From Acidobacteriota bacterium (GTDB lineage Bacteria; Acidobacteriota; Terriglobia; Terriglobales; SCQP01), in the NCBI GenBank assembly GCA_027315185.1, contig DAHUYO010000006.1:395-64394 (forward strand): 64,000 nt of DNA, written 5' to 3'. The notes beneath the pieces are model-generated. The model did no database searches and was not told where the DNA came from. It was given only the letters and a program-made list of their open reading frames with translations. Shown piece by piece: positions 58,329 through 64,000 of this stretch (positions are counted from its first letter, which is position 1; each line of letters begins with the position of its first letter). Position numbers and translations under genes: made by a program.

Positions 58329-58922
58329 TCAGCCGGCGATTTTGACGCCCTCGCCTACGTCCAGCGTTTTCCATGCCTTGCCGTCGCGGGAGGACTGGAT
58401 CTTGACGCGCACGCGGCTGGACGAGGAATAGACGTAGACGATGCGGGTGCGAAGCGTGTGGCCGTGGCGTTCGCTTGCGCTCTGCTCGATCCAGGTATTG
58501 CCGCGGATGGTCATGCGCGAGGAAAAGGGATGCGTGCCGCCGGCGCCGGCCGAGAACATCTCGTAATGCCAATAGCCGTGATCGCGGGAGTTCCAGGTGT
58601 CCACCACCAGCGACTTGACCGGCTTTCCGGCCCAAACGTTGTGGAAGGCGCAGAGCAGATAGCGCCGGTCGGTGGACCACCGGCAGTCGGCGCGCCAGGT
58701 CCACGCGGCGGCTTTCCGGCCCGGCGCGGCCCCCGCCGTGGCAATGGTTTTGCCATGGAAGACCCAACGTCCGATGGCGATATCCAGCTTTTGCAGTTGC
58801 ACCGGGCGTGCCGCCGCGGCCCGCGCCTCGCCCGCCGCCGGCCACCCTGCCGCTCCCAGGCCCGCGGCACCCACGCCCACGGCAAATACGGCCGCGGCCA
58901 AAACCACAAGCAAGCGTTTCAT
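58329..58922 (-). CDS. Secreted hypothetical protein
   Basis: Signal 'MKRLLVVLAAAVFAVGVGAAG'. Trp/His-rich beta-type mature region. No confident family assignment. Confidence 0.5.
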   Translation of the reverse strand: MKRLLVVLAAAVFAVGVGAAGLGAAGWPAAGEARAAAARPVQLQKLDIAIGRWVFHGKTIATAGAAPGRKAAAWTWRADCRWSTDRRYLLCAFHNVWAGKPVKSLVVDTWNSRDHGYWHYEMFSAGAGGTHPFSSRMTIRGNTWIEQSASERHGHTLRTRIVYVYSSSSRVRVKIQSSRDGKAWKTLDVGEGVKIAG

Positions 58923-59251
58923 CAAGACTCCCAGCTACTGCTGTTGGAACGATAACCGAAGTGGGCGCCGGTCGCGGGGCCCGCGCCCGTCAATCGTTGC
59001 CGCCTGGCGGCGGGCCGGGCCGCACATGGGGCGCGGGGAGGCGCGGGCCTGCGGGCGAGCGTGCACATGCATCGGCGCGCTGCGATCGGCGTCGCTTCCA
59101 ACCGCACCAATACGATTACGATGTAAAGTTTGCAAGTGGTGGACGCAGCGGCGCTGGACGGGAGCGGCGCAAGCCGCCGCCCGAAATTGCCTGGCGCGGG
59201 ATTGGCGGGATTGGGTTCACTGCATCGGCGAGGCGGTGAAGAAAGCAGGGG

Positions 59252-60265
59252 GTGATGGCGAAGAAAAATAGGCGCGGGAGGCCGGGGCAGGGAACTCCGC
59301 GGCAAGGCAGCCCAGAGCCGGGCGCCGCGCGGAAGGGAACTCCCGCGCATGGGGCCGCGGGAAACATTTCGCCCGCGGCGGGCGCGACCGGCCGGGCCGC
59401 GGCGGGGAAGGCCCCGGCGGGAGACGCCGCGCCGGGCAGGCACGGCCGGGCGCCGGCGCAAGGAGCGTCCGGCGCCGGCGGCGGCAAGCTGCCGTCGGCG
59501 GGGAAACGGGCCAAGCCGCTGCGGGAGAGCTTTATCCGCGTCTGGGCGCCGACCCTGGTGGCGGCGATCTTCATCAGTACCTTCAACGTGCAAGCCTTCG
59601 AGATTCCCTCCGGCTCGATGGAGAAGACGCTGCTGATCGGCGACCATCTGCTGGTGGACCGGATTCGCTTCGCGCCGCCGCCGCATTGGCTGCCCGGCGT
59701 GCTGCCCTACCGGCCCGTCCGCCACGGCGACATCATTGTCTTCATGACGCCGGTGCGGTCGGAAAAAGGCGTGCATTTGGTCAAGCGGGTCATCGGGCTG
59801 CCTGGCGACCGCATCCGCCTGGTGAATGGCGTGGTCTACCGCAACGGCCGTTCGCTGCGGGAGCCGTATGCCCTGCGTCAGCCGGTGGGCTGCAACGCCA
59901 CGCTGCCGAACCCGGCGCTGCAAAATTGGCCCGACGGCGGCCCGCTCGGCTACACGACCGAACGCTGGGCGGCGACGGAAGGCCAGTACATCCACGACGG
60001 ACAGGTGGTGGTGCCGCCGGGACATTATTTCGTGATGGGCGACAACCGGCTGTGCTCGTTCGATTCGCGTTATTGGGGCTTCGTGCCGCAGGCGAACATC
60101 ATCGGCCGGCCGGAGCTGGTCTATTGGTCGTATCGCAGCAAGGCCAGCCAGTATGGGCTGCCGGGGCATGGGAATATCGCCGCGTCGGTCGAGAGCTGGC
60201 CGTCGGTGCTGTGGCACCTTCCCACCCGCACGCGCTGGGAACGCACGTTCCACATCGTGCGGTAA
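59252..60265 (+). CDS. lepB: Signal peptidase I (S26) with ~85-aa low-complexity N-terminal extension
   Basis: 'IPSGSMEKTLLIGDHLLVDR' (catalytic Ser), 'VKRVIGLPGDRI' (catalytic Lys) and 'GDNRLCSFDSRYWGFVP'. Confidence 0.85.
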   Translation: MMAKKNRRGRPGQGTPRQGSPEPGAARKGTPAHGAAGNISPAAGATGRAAAGKAPAGDAAPGRHGRAPAQGASGAGGGKLPSAGKRAKPLRESFIRVWAPTLVAAIFISTFNVQAFEIPSGSMEKTLLIGDHLLVDRIRFAPPPHWLPGVLPYRPVRHGDIIVFMTPVRSEKGVHLVKRVIGLPGDRIRLVNGVVYRNGRSLREPYALRQPVGCNATLPNPALQNWPDGGPLGYTTERWAATEGQYIHDGQVVVPPGHYFVMGDNRLCSFDSRYWGFVPQANIIGRPELVYWSYRSKASQYGLPGHGNIAASVESWPSVLWHLPTRTRWERTFHIVR

Positions 60266-60274
60266 GGGCCGCGG

Positions 60275-62692
60275 TCAGCGCAACTGGGAGGCCAGGGCCA
60301 GGGCCTGACGGTGCAGCTGGAAGTCAGGATCGGCCCCGGCCAGCAGCGACAGCAGCGGCGCCAGCGCGGAGCGGGCGGCGGCGCGATGGCCCAAAGCCAG
60401 TTCGCACCGCGCCAGGGCCAAATAGGCCTTTTGCTTGCGCGGCTGAGGCTCCCAGCCGAGATAGCGGTCTGGGGGGCTGATCATGCGCCGGTACCAGCGG
60501 ACGGCGAGGGCCCAATCCCCGGCGCGGCGGGCGGCATGGGCCCGGGCGGCGAGCGCCAATACCTCCGCCGAGCTGCCGTCGTCGGGGTTGGGCCTGCCGA
60601 TCATCGCAATCGCGGCGGCGGCATGGCCTTGGGCGCAGGCGATTTCGCCGCGCAACAGGCGCAGATAGCCTTGCTCCTCGTGGTCGCGGGGATGGGCCAG
60701 TGGCGTAATCCGCGCCAGCAGGCCGGCGGCGTCGGCGGGATCGCCGGCGCGGGCGAACTCCACGCCCGCCAGCCCACCCCAAATCACTTTCGGCCCGATT
60801 TGGCCAAAATTCGCGACGGCTGCCCGCAGCTCGCGCAGTCCGGCGCCACGGTCGCCGCGCGCCAGGGCGATCTGTCCCAGCAGCAGCCGGCGGCGGGCGG
60901 TGGTCAACGGGTCGGCATGCGGCTGTGCGTCCATGGCTTCCCGCACCAAGGTTTCAGCCTGCGCCAAGCGTCCCTGCCAAAAATCCAGGCGCGCCAGCGA
61001 CACCAGGGCAATGGGGCGCAGCTCCGGGACGCGCAGCAGCGGGGCGAAGGCGGCGGCGGCGAGGCGCGGATGGCCCGCCCGCAGCAGCGTGAATCCGTAT
61101 TCGCGGTTGGTGTCGCCGGCCAGCTCCCAATGGCGGTCCAGCCGGAAGGCCTGCCGGTAGGCGGCGAGAGCCGCGGGATAATCGCCGCTGGACATGTTGG
61201 CCGTCGCCAGCTCGATGTAGGTGCGGGCGTCATTGGGGGCCACGTGCAGCAATCGGCGGTAGATGGGAACCGCCTGCCCCGCGCGTCCGTGCGTGCGCAG
61301 CAGACGGGCATAGTCGCTCAGCGCGGCCCAATCGTTGGGATACTCGCGCAGGTAGTTCTGATACAGCGCGATGGCGGTTTCCACCTCGCCCAGGTCATCG
61401 GCGCGATGGGCTTGGATCAGCTTGCGCTCCCGGCGGGTGAGGCGATGGGGGCGGGCCAGCGCCAGCGCGTATTCGGCCCGGCAGCCGGCCTCATCGTAAT
61501 AGATGTAGCTGCAATCCGCGCTGGCCAAGGCGGCATGCACCATGGCGAAGCCCGGATCGGCCAGCAGGGCCTCGCGGTACAGCGCCATGGCGGCGGCGAA
61601 ATGGCCGCGCCGCCAGGCGTGCTCGCCGTCCGCATAGTCGCGCAGCGCGGTGAGCGACGGCGTGGTGACTTCGGGCAGCCGCTGCTGGCCGCCCAGGCCG
61701 CCGACGAGGCCTCGCCCGCCATCGCGGCGCAGGTCGCCGGCCAGCGCCCCCAGCGCGTCCAGGATGCGATCGCTGCCATCGGCGCGCACAATATGCGAGG
61801 CAAGGACCCGGCCGGTGGCTGGGTTGACCACCTCCGCCGTCAGCGCGTACTCCTTGCCCGTGCGGGCGATGGCTGGTTCGATCAGCGCCGCCAAGCCTTC
61901 CCGCCGGCAGATCTGGCGGCCCAGGCGGGCCGTCAAAGGGGCGTGCCGCCGCTGGCCCAGCAGGCGGAGCTGGCCGCCGATGCGGCTGCGGGGAAACAGA
62001 ACCAGGCGGCGGGACTGTTCCAGGCTGACCGCCAGGGCGGTGTCCAGGGCGGGGCCCAGGCGCGCTTCACCGGTGCGATTGGTCATGGGCAGCAGCAGAA
62101 CCTCTGCCCGCGGTCCGAACGAAAACACCGGGCGCAAGTGCAACAGCCATCCCGCCCCGGCCGCCACAGCCACCGCCAGCACTGCGGCCACCGTCCACCA
62201 CCAGCGCCGCTGCGCCGGCGTGGGCCGAGGCGGCAGGGAAGCGGCGGGGGGGGCCGGCTGCGGCGGCAGGGAGGCGGCGGGGGTGGCCGGCGGCGGGGCG
62301 GGAGCCGATGGCGCTGCCGGAACGGCGGCGGCTGCCGGGCGGATGGGCGGCGGGCCGGGCGCCGCGGCGGGCTCCAGCGCCGCGATCCAGCGATACCCGC
62401 GCCGCGGCACGGTGGCGATGTACCGCGGCTTCTGCGGGTCATCCTCCAGCGCCTCGCGCAGCTTGCGCACCACGGTGTTCAGGCCGTCATCGAATTCGCC
62501 GAATTCCTGGCCCGGCCACAGCGCCTGCTGGAGTTCGGCGCGCGTCAGGATTTGGTTGGGCCGCGCCAGCAGCGCTTCCAGCAGCCGCAGCGGCTTTTCC
62601 TGGACATGGATCTCCGCGCCATCGCGGCGCAGCACTCCCGCGCCCAGGTCCAACTCAAAACGAGCGAAGCGCAACACCCCCCGGGATTCCAT
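60275..62692 (-). CDS. CadC/OmpR-type winged-helix transcriptional regulator with TM segment and large TPR domain
   Basis: N-terminal 'FARFELDLGAGVLRRDGAEIHVQEKPLRLLEALLARPNQILTRAELQQALWP...NTVVRKLREAL' (trans_reg_C). Pro-rich linker. TM 'WWWTVAAVLAVAVAAGAGWLL'. Multiple TPR-like repeats. Confidence 0.8.
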   Translation of the reverse strand: MESRGVLRFARFELDLGAGVLRRDGAEIHVQEKPLRLLEALLARPNQILTRAELQQALWPGQEFGEFDDGLNTVVRKLREALEDDPQKPRYIATVPRRGYRWIAALEPAAAPGPPPIRPAAAAVPAAPSAPAPPPATPAASLPPQPAPPAASLPPRPTPAQRRWWWTVAAVLAVAVAAGAGWLLHLRPVFSFGPRAEVLLLPMTNRTGEARLGPALDTALAVSLEQSRRLVLFPRSRIGGQLRLLGQRRHAPLTARLGRQICRREGLAALIEPAIARTGKEYALTAEVVNPATGRVLASHIVRADGSDRILDALGALAGDLRRDGGRGLVGGLGGQQRLPEVTTPSLTALRDYADGEHAWRRGHFAAAMALYREALLADPGFAMVHAALASADCSYIYYDEAGCRAEYALALARPHRLTRRERKLIQAHRADDLGEVETAIALYQNYLREYPNDWAALSDYARLLRTHGRAGQAVPIYRRLLHVAPNDARTYIELATANMSSGDYPAALAAYRQAFRLDRHWELAGDTNREYGFTLLRAGHPRLAAAAFAPLLRVPELRPIALVSLARLDFWQGRLAQAETLVREAMDAQPHADPLTTARRRLLLGQIALARGDRGAGLRELRAAVANFGQIGPKVIWGGLAGVEFARAGDPADAAGLLARITPLAHPRDHEEQGYLRLLRGEIACAQGHAAAAIAMIGRPNPDDGSSAEVLALAARAHAARRAGDWALAVRWYRRMISPPDRYLGWEPQPRKQKAYLALARCELALGHRAAARSALAPLLSLLAGADPDFQLHRQALALASQLR

Positions 62693-62901
62693 GGCGCAGC
62701 CGGACTGCCGAGTGACCAGATTCTAACATGGCCGGAAATCAGCGGTTCAGCGATGGTTCAGATGTGATTCAGCCTAAGTCCAGGCGCCGTCCATTGACCG
62801 ATCCCGGCCGCCGCGGCCATTCTGCCCCGCGACGCACCATTCGCCGCTGACTCACTACCCGGCGAAACAGTGCAACAGTTTGCGCCATCAGGATCGCCGT
62901 T

Positions 62902-64000
62902 ATGAGTTATACCGCCCTTCGCCCCCCGGTTCGCATCGCCACCCTGCTGCTCGCCATCGCCGCCGTTCTCGCCGCCGCGCCCCGGCCGCGCGCCCCGCGG
63001 TTGCCGGTCCGGCTGCCCGCCGCTGTCGGCCGGGCACTGGCGCGTCCGAGCCTACAGTTCGTGCCCAATCGCGGCCAGGCGCCGCGGGGCGTACGGTTTG
63101 TGGCGCAGGGGCCGAACTACACCTTGCGCTTGGCGGAAAAGGCGGCGGTGCTGAGGCTGGCCGGCGGGCGGGCGGTAGAGCTGCGCCTGTGCGGGGCCGA
63201 GAACGCCTCCATTGCCGGGGCGGACCGGCAGCCGACGCGCTATGCGTTTTTCCAGGGGCGGCGCTCCATCCGCAACGTGCCCAGCTACGGCCGCGTGGTG
63301 TATCGGGGCGTGTATCCGGGAATCAATCTCGTCTTCCGCAGCCGCGAAGGAAAGCTCGAGTACGATTGGCGGCTGGCCGCCGGCGCCGATGCCAGTGCGA
63401 TTCGGCTGCGGCTGGGCGGGTATCAGGCGCTGGCAATTCGTCCCAGCGGCGACATCGATATTCGCACCGCCGCCGGCGCCGTGCGCATGCTGCGGCCCCG
63501 CGCCTTCCAGGGCGGCCGGCCGGTGGCCGTCCGCTATCGCCTGGGCCGCGGCGGCGCGGTGGCCCTGCAACTGGGGCGCTACGACCACCAGCGGCCGCTG
63601 GTGATTGACCCGCTGGTGGTGGTCACGGTGAGCGGCACGCAGGGAGCGTTTACCGCCGGGACGGCCACTGCGGTAACGGTAGATGCCTCCGGCAACGCCT
63701 GGGTGGCGGGCGCATGTTATCTCCAGGAATATTCGTCCAGCGGGGTCCAGCTGCAGCAGGACGTGGTCGCCAAGGCGGGCGCGTGCACGGTCAGCGGCCT
63801 CGCGGTGGACGGCACGGGGAACGTTTATGCCACCGGGACGGCGCAGCCGAACGCGGGCTTTCCGGCGACCAGCAGCGAGGAGACCTTGGCGACCTACACC
63901 GGCCCCACGCCCTACTTGTTGATGTTTGAGCCTTCGACCCAGACCCTCGAGTACGCGGATTATTTTGAGGGGGCGCAGTGCCTGGCAACGCCTGACGCCA
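62902..64000 (+). CDS. Secreted DUF7948/SBBP-type beta-propeller repeat protein, 3'-truncated by the window end
   Basis: This frame is not in the ORF track because it has no stop. 'MSYTALRPPVRIATLLLAIAAVLAAA' is a signal. 'LQFVPNRGQAPRGVRFVAQGPNYTLRLAEKAAVLRL' is the typical N-terminal module. It is followed by 'DASGNAWVAG', 'DGTGNVYATG' SBBP-like repeats. Confidence 0.6.
   Translation, partial: MSYTALRPPVRIATLLLAIAAVLAAAPRPRAPRLPVRLPAAVGRALARPSLQFVPNRGQAPRGVRFVAQGPNYTLRLAEKAAVLRLAGGRAVELRLCGAENASIAGADRQPTRYAFFQGRRSIRNVPSYGRVVYRGVYPGINLVFRSREGKLEYDWRLAAGADASAIRLRLGGYQALAIRPSGDIDIRTAAGAVRMLRPRAFQGGRPVAVRYRLGRGGAVALQLGRYDHQRPLVIDPLVVVTVSGTQGAFTAGTATAVTVDASGNAWVAGACYLQEYSSSGVQLQQDVVAKAGACTVSGLAVDGTGNVYATGTAQPNAGFPATSSEETLATYTGPTPYLLMFEPSTQTLEYADYFEGAQCLATPDA

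Noticed and set aside
60311-62767. 818-aa plus-strand ORF opposite the winged-helix/TPR regulator
   Set aside because: The minus frame has a clear trans_reg_C domain, a TM segment and TPR repeats. The plus frame is low-complexity.

Overview
This is a high-GC (judged by eye) chromosomal segment. It most plausibly comes from an Acidobacteriota-like soil bacterium; that is an inference from an ADOP-type duplicated permease, a giant FG-GAP/Ig surface protein and a DUF7948/SBBP-like protein. I found no rRNA, CRISPR array, transposase or integrase.

Main content:
1. Housekeeping and envelope genes at 0-12.9 kb: FG-GAP protein, TlpA-like redoxin, ADOP permease, DUF302, MntH and a GMC oxidoreductase.
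2. A complete type 1 BREX cassette (brxA-brxB-brxC-[extra gene]-pglX-pglZ-brxL) at about 13.1-27.4 kb. It is bracketed by a 283-bp near-identical direct repeat that duplicates the 3' end of the gene it sits behind. It also carries an unannotated 278-aa gene with an RNxxxH (HEPN-like) motif between brxC and pglX.
3. PepSY, rdgB-rph and a lone nuoI.
4. A compact NRPS cluster at 30.3-38.2 kb: C-A-T-TE, a free-standing A-T, a translationally coupled P450 and an ArsM-like methyltransferase. The TE nucleophile position is Cys instead of Ser.
5. An hsp20-clpB heat-shock pair.
6. A minus-strand locus at 44.6-52.8 kb that I read as an undescribed sigma54-controlled surface-fibre (chaperone/usher-like) system. 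It has three small secreted proteins sharing a pilin-like C-terminal motif, a periplasmic Ig-like chaperone candidate, a 989-aa barrel/CarboxypepD_reg/OmpA outer-membrane protein and a divergently placed NtrC-type enhancer-binding protein. Near-consensus -24/-12 promoters sit in front of two of the small genes.
7. GNAT, tRNA-Lys(CTT) and a HigB/HigA-like toxin-antitoxin pair whose toxin carries an in-frame amber stop.
8. An S9 peptidase, signal peptidase I, a CadC-like winged-helix/TPR regulator and a truncated beta-propeller gene at the window end.

Many long ORFs in the six-frame track are antisense or alternative-frame artefacts of the high GC content and were rejected.
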